Below the pieces are notes generated by a model. The model ran no database searches. It had not been told where the DNA came from and saw only the letters and a list, made by a program, of their open reading frames with translations. Made by a program: the position numbers and the translations under genes. From the NCBI GenBank assembly GCA_034530875.2, contig JAVRCJ020000001.1:256001-320000 (forward strand): a stretch of DNA of 64,000 nucleotides, read 5' to 3'. Origin of the DNA: Nostoc sp. DedSLP01 (GTDB taxonomy: Bacteria > Cyanobacteriota > Cyanobacteriia > Cyanobacteriales > Nostocaceae). Positions 1 through 8,029 of the stretch are shown in pieces (the first letter of the stretch is position 1; every line of letters starts with the position of its first letter).

Positions 1-67
1 ATCTATTAACTGATAATGGTCATGTTCTGTATCAAAAACTAGCTGAGACTCAACGTTAGTGTTTCTC

Positions 68-208
68 TCATCTAATACCAATTTTATATTTGGAGTTTAG
101 ACTAGACAGTAAGAAAAGACCCAGCAGGGCTGAGTTGAAGAAAAACGGGTACATCTCTGCCATTTCTTCGAGGGTTTTTAGTTCTTTTTCAACCCATTTA
201 GTACACAT
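68..208 (-). CDS. small hypothetical protein (46 aa, MCTKWVEKELKTLEEMAEMYPF...), possibly a truncated mobile-element gene
   Basis: Manual translation; GGAG ribosome-binding site 8 nt before ATG. Absent from the ORF track. Function not recognised. Confidence 0.35.
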   Translation of the reverse strand: MCTKWVEKELKTLEEMAEMYPFFFNSALLGLFLLSSLNSKYKIGIR

Positions 209-250
209 TAATAAATCTCCGAAAATTCATCAAAATAGGATTAATATTTA

Positions 251-338
251 TAGTGGCGACTCAAAGGTGAATCGCCTTTGCCGCATGACAGCACCAGGGC
301 GAACGCAACAGCGTGAAGGCCCCTACAAGAGTCCACCA
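251..338 (-). ncRNA. candidate structured RNA (long closing stem plus two inner hairpins)
   Basis: GC-rich island in AT-rich DNA. Minus-strand pairings TGGTGG/CCACTA, ACTC/GAGT, AGGG/CCTT, GCCTT/AAGGC; inner hairpins ACGC-tgtt-GCGT and TGCTG-tcatg-CGGCA. G-U pairs favour the minus strand. Confidence 0.4.
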
Positions 339-487
339 GATAGAAATTAAGATTGCCCATTGAGTTGCAAGAAGTCATTTTAGTCACTATCTAAGTTGTT
401 TTGTTCGTATCGATGACTTCATCATTGTTGAATCATTCTTAATTTCCATTAGGAGACACTGTGATTTGAAATAAAAAATCTAAACCT

Positions 488-730
488 ATGACTCCTGTGG
501 TACAGCAATTCCCAAAAATTTCTGGTTATACCTTGGTTGAGCAGCTGTATCTAGGTTCCAGAAAGGCTGTCTATCGAGGAGTGCAAACTTCGCAGCAATG
601 TCCGGTGGTAATTAAGACACTGCGGCACGAATATCCCAGCTTCAGTGAATTGGTGCAGTTTCGCAATCAGTATGCGATCGCTACCATGAAATTTATCAAA
701 TTATTAGAGCAAACTTCGTTATCTTTTTAA
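488..730 (+). pseudogene. N-terminal fragment of a Ser/Thr kinase (kinase-AAA ATPase-histidine kinase type)
   Basis: GYTLVEQLYLGSRKAVYRG...VVIKTLRHEYPSFSELVQFRNQYAIA is typical of this family's N-lobe; similarity stops at the HIP1 site 674-681. Confidence 0.8.
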
Positions 731-903
731 AAGACATAAATCCCTCGTAAGTCAGAGACGCATTCTGTGGGTTGGTAGATGATTTTTTAATTTTACTCCA
801 CTATTCTAATTAATCAAATTGTGAGATAAATCCCAAAAATTATGGTTTTTATCTTAAACAAGATTATTTCCAACCTATAAACAAAGAATTCCGAAATAAG
901 AAT

Positions 904-1371
904 ATGAACAAATCTAATAAAGCTAACAATAAGTTAATTCAAAATCAAAAAGGTACTGAAACTAATATGGCTTCATCATCTGACGAAACTAAAGATATCC
1001 CTAAAACAATTAATATAGATGGTCAGCGTCCAGTCGATCCAAGTAACATTGACATTAAAGAAACAATTGATATAGATGGGCAACGACCGATTGTGAAAGA
1101 TGAAAATAATTCTGATGAAACAATTGATATAGATGGTCATCGGCCGATCGCTAAGAGCGCTTTTGAAGACTATGACAAGCTAAATGTAGATGGCAAACGT
1201 CCAATTGACCCTAGCGATTTAGAGGTTGGGGCTATTCTTGATATAGATGGTCAACGTCCCATCGCTAAGAGTAATTTTCAAGTTGAAGATACTTTAGAAA
1301 TAGATGGTAACCGCCCAATAGTTTCAAATAACCCTGTTGATTCGCAAATCCCAATGGATTATTTAGAATAA
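904..1371 (+). CDS. acidic tandem-repeat protein (six DGxRP[IV] repeats); start may be ATG 967
   Basis: DGQRPV, DGQRPI, DGHRPI, DGKRPI, DGQRPI, DGNRPI at ~19-aa spacing. Confidence 0.8.
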   Translation: MNKSNKANNKLIQNQKGTETNMASSSDETKDIPKTINIDGQRPVDPSNIDIKETIDIDGQRPIVKDENNSDETIDIDGHRPIAKSAFEDYDKLNVDGKRPIDPSDLEVGAILDIDGQRPIAKSNFQVEDTLEIDGNRPIVSNNPVDSQIPMDYLE

Positions 1372-1381
1372 AACCAGGAAC

Positions 1382-2083
1382 TTAAAAAGAAATTACTTTG
1401 CGATCGCGCAAAAATTTACCATTTATATTGCGTGGAGCATCAGTAGCCAACCAGATTGCAGTATCGGCTCCTTGTTCTGGGGAACGTGGCGCTGATGAAC
1501 CACCCATATCCGTTTTCACCCACCCCGGACAAATAGCATTGACAACGATTCCTTGGGAGTGCAAAGCTTGTGCCAGCATAATTGTCGCCCCATTTAATGC
1601 CAGCTTCGATAGGCAGTAACTTGGAACATCCCAAGACAAGCCTTCTAATGCTCCATAACCGCTAGAAACATTAATAACTCTCGCATCTGGCGATTTTTCC
1701 AATAGGGGTAAAAATGCCTGCACCATCCGAATTGGGCCAAACGTGTTGGCGTTCATTGTAGAATCAAGCAACTCGCGGTCAATGGTGAGAATATTTACAT
1801 CTTTGTCTGGATAGACGCCGGCATTATTAATCAAAACATCCAAGCGATCGCTATTTTGGTGTACGGTTTTAACTGCTGCTGCGATAGAGCGATCGTCACT
1901 GACATCTAATTCGATGGGAGTTACTTTTCCTTGTAGTTTATTTGCCGCTTCTTTGGCGTTATCAAGCGATCGCGAAGTAATAATTACTTCATAGTTTTTT
2001 GTCAGTAGACCTTGGGCGATCGCAAATCCAATCCCTCGGTTACCACCAGTAACTAATGCCCGTTTATTTTGTCTAGATTCCAT
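1382..2083 (-). CDS. short-chain dehydrogenase/reductase (carbonyl reductase-like)
   Basis: TGGNRGIG, NNAG, YxxxK (YCLSK) and CPGWVKTDM motifs. Confidence 0.95.
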   Translation of the reverse strand: MESRQNKRALVTGGNRGIGFAIAQGLLTKNYEVIITSRSLDNAKEAANKLQGKVTPIELDVSDDRSIAAAVKTVHQNSDRLDVLINNAGVYPDKDVNILTIDRELLDSTMNANTFGPIRMVQAFLPLLEKSPDARVINVSSGYGALEGLSWDVPSYCLSKLALNGATIMLAQALHSQGIVVNAICPGWVKTDMGGSSAPRSPEQGADTAIWLATDAPRNINGKFLRDRKVISF

Positions 2084-2303
2084 CTGATTTTTAACCTTTG
2101 GTCAAGGATGCTGCGCTGGAAATTTGAAGATTTATCAACTTTTTCAGAGTTGCTGATAAAGGAAAGTATTTAGTGGGAATTGTCCTCATTATCAGGTTTT
2201 TACATGATTTTTATGATATAAAATATTATCTGAAGGTAGATACTTAGCTCAAATTATATTGAGTTATGAAAACTTCGCTCATTTCAATAGTTAAAACTTG
2301 ATA

Positions 2304-3242
2304 ATGAATATTGAATTTATCCGTTTGAAAAACATTAAAGTACAACAAAATAATATATTAGAAGAAATTTTTCATTTAGCCTCGAATCCTAATTACAATC
2401 CAAGTGAAATAAAACAACTACATCAGACTTTAATTACAAAAGCTACAATAATTGAAAAAATATGTACTCAGCAGCAAGCAAAACCAGCAAATCTAACTCA
2501 TCAATCTCGGAAAATATACTCCTGGATAAAATTTTTGACAGATGAATCTTATCTACAACTCCATCTGCAAAATACTCGCTATTTGCTAGAAACTGCTAAA
2601 CATCTTCTGAGTATACGCCAACAACCACTGCAATTAAAGATTGGAATAACTAATTTATCTGGGCTATATCAGGGTAAAAGGTCTGCCACAGCAGCTAATA
2701 TTATGATTAGTGAAGGTTTTATAAATGCACCAAATGCAGTATTAGAAGCATTAATGGAATCTGCTCTTTTTGGTAAGAGTCTACAGAATACACAACTTAT
2801 TAGGTCATTTGCTAGTACAGAAGAATACAGCAATGTTTTGTTAGAGCTTGATTTAATTGCCGAGGTAGTGGCAGAAAATCCACAAGGCAAATTTTATAAT
2901 CTCGATGAATTATTTGATAAAGTCAATCATGAATATTTTGCTTCCAGTTTAACCAAACCGCGTCTTGCATGGAGTCGAATTAATACGTACCGGAAATTAG
3001 GACATTATGAATCAGCTAGAGATAGGGTAGTAATCAGCTTAACTCTCGATAATGCTAAAGTACCTGGGTTTGTAGTTGAATTTATCTTATATCACGAATT
3101 GTTGCACAAGTACCACGGCACGAAATGGGTTGAAGGAAGAAGAATGGTTCATACTAAAGAGTTCCGTGCCAGCGAAAGTAAGTTTAAATTTTATAGGGAA
3201 GCATCAACATGGTTGACAAAATTAACATCTGTTTGTAATTAA
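2304..3242 (+). CDS. SprT/YgjP-like zinc metallopeptidase domain protein
   Basis: LDELFDKVNHEYF...PRLAWS...LGHY and C-terminal HExxH (YHELLH) followed by H(T)KEF. Confidence 0.8.
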   Translation: MNIEFIRLKNIKVQQNNILEEIFHLASNPNYNPSEIKQLHQTLITKATIIEKICTQQQAKPANLTHQSRKIYSWIKFLTDESYLQLHLQNTRYLLETAKHLLSIRQQPLQLKIGITNLSGLYQGKRSATAANIMISEGFINAPNAVLEALMESALFGKSLQNTQLIRSFASTEEYSNVLLELDLIAEVVAENPQGKFYNLDELFDKVNHEYFASSLTKPRLAWSRINTYRKLGHYESARDRVVISLTLDNAKVPGFVVEFILYHELLHKYHGTKWVEGRRMVHTKEFRASESKFKFYREASTWLTKLTSVCN

Positions 3243-3301
3243 AAACAGTTTATAAGTCGCGATCTGGAAAGCGATCGCAACCAAAATAACAAGCAAATAA
3301 T

Positions 3302-3991
3302 ATGACAGAATTATCTGATGAACTCATACAAATCTGGTTGCAAGATGGACAGCGTATCAGCGAACGCTATAGCGAACTAGTGCTAAAAGAAGGAATTTCA
3401 TCAGCTAAAAGTCTTGGTGAGAGAGAAGCAGAAAGAAATTTTCAATTTTTTGAAAAACTCTTTGAAGGTGTAGTAATAGAGCCAAATGATTCGGTATTGG
3501 ATATCGGTTGTGGTAAAGGAGAACTGCTGGATTATTTAACGTTGCAGTTGCTAGATATCAATAATTTAAACTATTTAGGTATCGATATCGTTCCTGCTTT
3601 TCTATCAGCAGCTAAACAGAGATTTCCTTTAAAAACTTTTGAAAACTATAATTTTATTCATCCCTCATTTGTTCCAGAAAAACAATTTGATATTGTGCTA
3701 GCTTTGGGAGTATTAGTTACCAGAGTCAGAGAATATAACTTATTTTTTGAGTATTTTGTCAGAAAAATGGTCAAGTGCGCCAGAAAGTATGTTGTGTTTA
3801 ACATCATCTCTGAAATTGAAGTTACTTCTGGTAATTATTCACAGCCAAACGCTGTTGGGCACTCTACAGTTTTGAGTGCCGAAATTTTAGAATCAATAAT
3901 TAATAGCCTTGATTGTAAAGACTGGAGAAAACAACATTATAAAATTTTTCCAGATGCAACCGATATGTTTGTATGCATTCAATTACAGTAG
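3302..3991 (+). CDS. class I SAM-dependent methyltransferase
   Basis: VLDIGCGKG motif I, YLGIDIV motif II, FDIVLALG. Confidence 0.9.
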   Translation: MTELSDELIQIWLQDGQRISERYSELVLKEGISSAKSLGEREAERNFQFFEKLFEGVVIEPNDSVLDIGCGKGELLDYLTLQLLDINNLNYLGIDIVPAFLSAAKQRFPLKTFENYNFIHPSFVPEKQFDIVLALGVLVTRVREYNLFFEYFVRKMVKCARKYVVFNIISEIEVTSGNYSQPNAVGHSTVLSAEILESIINSLDCKDWRKQHYKIFPDATDMFVCIQLQ

Positions 3992-4040
3992 GTTGGAATT
4001 AGAGCGAACAACTAACTGGAGATGGTCAAAATTAAGTGCG

Positions 4041-4775
4041 CTATTTAAAACTGATGCTATATGCAGCGCGAACGAAAGCTTGAAAAATTCTTTGATTACC
4101 AGGCTCAACAGTTGAAAGCTCAGGATGCCATTGTACGCCAATTGCCCAAGGATGATCTTCGTGTTCCACAGCTTCAATGACTCCATCATCCAAAGCATGA
4201 CCAACAACCCGCCAACCGGATGGTACTCGATCGACTGCTTGATGATGCCAAGAAACTACTGAGATATGAGAATTCTGCAAACACTCAGCTAAACGGCTTT
4301 TTACATCTATTTTGACGGGATGTTCTGTAGGTAAACGTCTTCCCAGTTCAGGTTCTAGACGGTGTAACGCACAAGTACCGTAAATATCTGGAATGTGAGG
4401 AATTAGAGTACCCCCACAGGTGACCATGAGAATTTGTAAACCCCGACAAATACCCAAAATCGGCAAATGCTCTTCGAGAGCATACTTAGCAAGCTGCAAT
4501 TCAAAAGCATCGCGTTCTTTATCGACACCATAAATAGTCGGATGAGCAAAGCCGTTGTAGCAAACAGGGTCAATATCTCCACCACCGGAAATGATTAAAC
4601 CATCCAAAGGATCTAGAAGTGTGGCAGGCTCATTTTCTCCTGGCGGCAATAATATGGGAATGCCGCCTGCCGCACGGACTGCATCTATATATTCACTTGG
4701 CAAAGAAAATGGCAATGCCGCTTGCCGACCGTAAGTTGTAATGCCAATCAATGCTTTTCGAGATTTTCTAACCAT
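4041..4775 (-). CDS. gamma-glutamyl-gamma-aminobutyrate hydrolase family (peptidase C26, PuuD-like)
   Basis: GGGDIDP, PILGICRGLQ, SWHHQAV and GVQWHPE catalytic motifs. Confidence 0.93.
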   Translation of the reverse strand: MVRKSRKALIGITTYGRQAALPFSLPSEYIDAVRAAGGIPILLPPGENEPATLLDPLDGLIISGGGDIDPVCYNGFAHPTIYGVDKERDAFELQLAKYALEEHLPILGICRGLQILMVTCGGTLIPHIPDIYGTCALHRLEPELGRRLPTEHPVKIDVKSRLAECLQNSHISVVSWHHQAVDRVPSGWRVVGHALDDGVIEAVEHEDHPWAIGVQWHPELSTVEPGNQRIFQAFVRAAYSISFK

Positions 4776-5035
4776 CTTGATACTTTTTACAAACTCGAAC
4801 GATAATTTTTTTGTCTATATTACGACTCCTTCTTCTCAAGTCCACTGTAGCAAAGTCTACCAATTACAGCGATCGCTCAGTTCTTTTAACATCCCTGCTA
4901 GCTTGAAAGAGCAGGGGAAGCACGGGGAGAAAGATACTTTCATTCAAGGCTTGTGAAACTTGTTTCATTGGGACTGCCCCCTGCCTCCTGCCCCCTGCTA
5001 TACAGTAAAATATTAGTAGCAATTGTGAGGTCGCT

Positions 5036-5749
5036 ATGACGGCTGAAAATCGCCTGCTTGCTGCTATGCCTCAAGCTTTATCTGAAAAACTCGCCCCTGA
5101 CCTGAAACGAGTTGTACTGCAAAGAGGCGATCGCCTGCATGACCCAGGTGAAACAATCTATCACCTCTACTTTCCTCTAGATTGCGTTCTTTCAATCACC
5201 ATCGCTATGCGAGATGGCACAACTGCTGAAACGGGGTTGGTTGGCAGGCGCGAAGTGATTGGTATCAACGCTTTTATGGGAGGTAAAGAAACCACGCAAA
5301 CCACGTATATCGTGCAGATTCCGGGTAATGCTATGAAGATCGATGCTCAGATTTTGCGTCAAGAGTTCGATCGCAACAAAGACCTGCGCGACGTGATGCT
5401 GCGCTACACTCAAGCCTTTATTGCCCAAATTTCCCAAACTACTGCCTGCAACAGCCTCCACAAGATAGAACAGCGCTTGGCACGTTGGCTGTTGGAAGTG
5501 CATGACCGAGTTGAGGCGGACAAACTAGACCTGACACAAGATTTGATGGCAGATATGCTGGGGGTGCGTCGTGCCGGGGTGACCCAAACAGCCCAAAAGC
5601 TTCAGGAGAGTGGTTTGATTAATTACCATCGCGGTCACATCCATATCCTGAATCGCCCCGGGTTAGAAGCTTTCGCCTGCGAGTGTTTTCATACGGTCAG
5701 AGATGAATACGATCGCTTGCTGGGAAAAGATTCTATAAGACTACCGTGA
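5036..5749 (+). CDS. Crp/Fnr family transcriptional regulator (copy 1)
   Basis: cNMP-like domain, QRLARWLL helix, HTH LTQDLMADMLGVRRAGVT, C-terminal CECF. Confidence 0.95.
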   Translation: MTAENRLLAAMPQALSEKLAPDLKRVVLQRGDRLHDPGETIYHLYFPLDCVLSITIAMRDGTTAETGLVGRREVIGINAFMGGKETTQTTYIVQIPGNAMKIDAQILRQEFDRNKDLRDVMLRYTQAFIAQISQTTACNSLHKIEQRLARWLLEVHDRVEADKLDLTQDLMADMLGVRRAGVTQTAQKLQESGLINYHRGHIHILNRPGLEAFACECFHTVRDEYDRLLGKDSIRLP

Positions 5750-5779
5750 AGTTACTTTTTCAGGCAAAGCAGGCAAGAA

Positions 5780-6187
5780 ATGAGTCAGAAACCACCGAAA
5801 TTGACAACCATCTTGCTCGTCGAACCAGATGATATTGTGCGTCCGATTCTCAGAGATAACCTCCGCCGTTGGGGATATAACGTAATTGTGGCACTTGATG
5901 CAGCAGACGCGCTCCAACGAACTAGAGCTGGAGGAGAACCCTTTGACCTGATTTTGCTCAATCAATTCGGGCAGACCATCGACGAATTTGTTAATATTGG
6001 GCGTGACATTCGCCAACAAGCAGAACTTTCTAGCCGCATTCCCATTGTGATTATGGCTGAGAGATACGGAGTCGAGTTAGAAGGCCAAAATATCCTCTTA
6101 GGCGAAAGTGAGTATGTGACCTATCTAGAAGATGGGCAGCAGTTAAGAAATCTTCTGCATCAACTCTGCCCAGTTGAAAATAGTTGA
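5780..6187 (+). CDS. stand-alone pseudo-receiver protein (Asp replaced by Asn)
   Basis: ILLVEPDD start; DLILLNQ in place of DLILLD; no conserved KP. Confidence 0.8.
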   Translation: MSQKPPKLTTILLVEPDDIVRPILRDNLRRWGYNVIVALDAADALQRTRAGGEPFDLILLNQFGQTIDEFVNIGRDIRQQAELSSRIPIVIMAERYGVELEGQNILLGESEYVTYLEDGQQLRNLLHQLCPVENS

Positions 6188-6225
6188 TACACTTTTAGCC
6201 CAGAATGTACTTAAGTTCGTTTTTG

Positions 6226-6243
6226 AGTACGAAACTGTACCGA
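6226..6243 (+). promoter_or_regulatory. putative Crp-family operator AGTACGAAACTGTACCGA
   Basis: Near-identical to 12637-12654 and 14694-14711; lies upstream of the receiver gene at 6380. Confidence 0.5.
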
Positions 6244-6379
6244 ACTCTTCTTCTGTAACTACTACTGTATATATTGGGTTGATATTTAAACTCGCTGCTG
6301 CTTTCTTATGTTCTAAAAAAGCATCTATTGTTCGTTTTGTGTCACATTGTCCCTTCTAGCATAATAAATTGCTTCAGAT

Positions 6380-6817
6380 ATGTGTCATCCTGCCTTCCTG
6401 CGGAAAGGTTTACGAATACTGGTAGTGGATAGTAATTGTGATTCTTGTGCGCTACTAGTAGTATTGTTTGCTCAATATGGGATTAACACAACCACAGCAT
6501 TTTGCATCAGTGAAGCTCTTGAAATGATTCAACAAACTCCACCAGACCTGTTGATCGGCGAAATCATACTGCCCGATGGCGATGGATACTCGCTCATTCG
6601 TCAAGTGAAAGCCTTAGAAGCAACTTACGGCCTTGACATTCCAGCAATCGCACTGACTGTATGCGCTAAACAGAGCGATCGCAATCGCGCCCTCGCGGCT
6701 GGATTTTGCAGACACTTAACTAAACCAATAAACATCGACGAGTTAATTACAACAATTGCTTACATTACCGGGGAGGCTCAGCAATCTCAGCAAATGCCCG
6801 TCAATAGCAAGCTTTAA
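6380..6817 (+). CDS. CheY-like single-domain response regulator (Asp replaced by Glu)
   Basis: ILVVD, PDLLIGEI, DGY, AIALT, AGF, KP. Confidence 0.9.
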   Translation: MCHPAFLRKGLRILVVDSNCDSCALLVVLFAQYGINTTTAFCISEALEMIQQTPPDLLIGEIILPDGDGYSLIRQVKALEATYGLDIPAIALTVCAKQSDRNRALAAGFCRHLTKPINIDELITTIAYITGEAQQSQQMPVNSKL

Positions 6818-6877
6818 CCTTTCAAATAAAGCATGTGTTCTATGGAGAGCCATTCTTTTAACCTTTCTGAGGCTTCC

Positions 6878-7576
6878 ATGAACGCTAAAAATCAAATACT
6901 GGCTGCTCTAAGTGCTGATGTGCGCGATCGCCTTACGCCTCATCTGGTTCGTGTCACCTTAGCTCAGGGTGAGATAATTCATAGACCAGGTGATGTGTTG
7001 ATCCATCTTTATTTTCCCATTGACTGTCTATTTTCTATCACCATTACCATGCACGATGGTGCAACAGCAGAGGTGGGGATGGTTGGTAATCGGGAGGTGT
7101 TGGGCATTAATGCTTTTATGGGCAAAAGCGAAATCACCCAAACAGAATACGTCGTTCAAGTTGCAGGTAGCGCGATGAGAATTGATGCCCAGATACTGAG
7201 ACAGGAATTCGATCGCAATGGCGAACTGCACGACCTACTGCTGCGTTATACTCAGGCTTTTTTGGCGCAAGTATCCCAAACTGCGGCTTGTAACTCCCTC
7301 CACACCTTAGAACAACGCCTACCGCGTTGGCTGTTGGAAACACAAGAGCGAATCGGCTCTAATGAGTTAGCACTGACACAAGAGTTTATTTCCATAATGC
7401 TAGGTGTACGGCGGGCAGGAGTGACTCTAACAGCACAGAAACTGCAAGAGCGCAAACTCATCAAATATCGTCGGGGTCACGTCCAAATTGTCAACCAATC
7501 TGGGCTAGAAGCCTCGGCTTGTGAATGTTTCAGAACAATTAAAACTGAATACGATCGCTTGCTGGGGGAAACATAA
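6878..7576 (+). CDS. Crp/Fnr family transcriptional regulator (copy 2; ORF open from 6833)
   Basis: Paralogue of 5036-5749; TAACN, LTQEFISIMLGVRRAGVT, CECF. Confidence 0.95.
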   Translation: MNAKNQILAALSADVRDRLTPHLVRVTLAQGEIIHRPGDVLIHLYFPIDCLFSITITMHDGATAEVGMVGNREVLGINAFMGKSEITQTEYVVQVAGSAMRIDAQILRQEFDRNGELHDLLLRYTQAFLAQVSQTAACNSLHTLEQRLPRWLLETQERIGSNELALTQEFISIMLGVRRAGVTLTAQKLQERKLIKYRRGHVQIVNQSGLEASACECFRTIKTEYDRLLGET

Positions 7577-7627
7577 CGATACAACTTATCGAGTTTTGCT
7601 TATCTATTATTCTCCCTAGCCAAAATT

Positions 7628-8029
7628 ATGAATCAGCTACGCACCACATCACCTTGTATTTTCGTTGTTGAACCCGATGACGATGTTCGGCCTGTGCTGA
7701 AGTATAACCTGCAAACTTGGGGCTATGAAGTAATTATCGCCGTTGATGAAGAGGATGCCATTCAACGCACCCAACGAGGACGCGATCGCTTTGACTTGAT
7801 TTTGTTGAACCAGGATGCGAAATCCATCGATGAAGCGATCGCGTTCGGAGCGCAAATTCGCCAAAGCACCCAACTGGACAGCTTCATACCAATTATTATT
7901 ATGGCCGAGAAGTATGGGGAAGATATGGAAGGGCAAAATATCCAGGTGGGCGACAATGAATATGTGACTTATCTAGAAGATGGGCAACAGTTGAAGAACA
8001 TCCTCTATCGCTTGTGTCCGATGTATTAA
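7628..8029 (+). CDS. stand-alone pseudo-receiver protein (Asp replaced by Asn)
   Basis: Paralogue of 5780-6187; FDLILLNQ and EYVTYLEDGQQL. Confidence 0.8.
   Translation: MNQLRTTSPCIFVVEPDDDVRPVLKYNLQTWGYEVIIAVDEEDAIQRTQRGRDRFDLILLNQDAKSIDEAIAFGAQIRQSTQLDSFIPIIIMAEKYGEDMEGQNIQVGDNEYVTYLEDGQQLKNILYRLCPMY

Noticed and set aside
1..59. Reading-frame tail LLTDNGHVLYQKLAETQR with a TDNG motif like integrase cores
   Set aside because: Too short, cut by the window edge, and it stops right after the motif; cannot be assigned.
90..350. 86-aa plus-strand ORF
   Set aside because: TTG start and no recognisable motif; overlaps a better-supported minus-strand ORF and the structured element.
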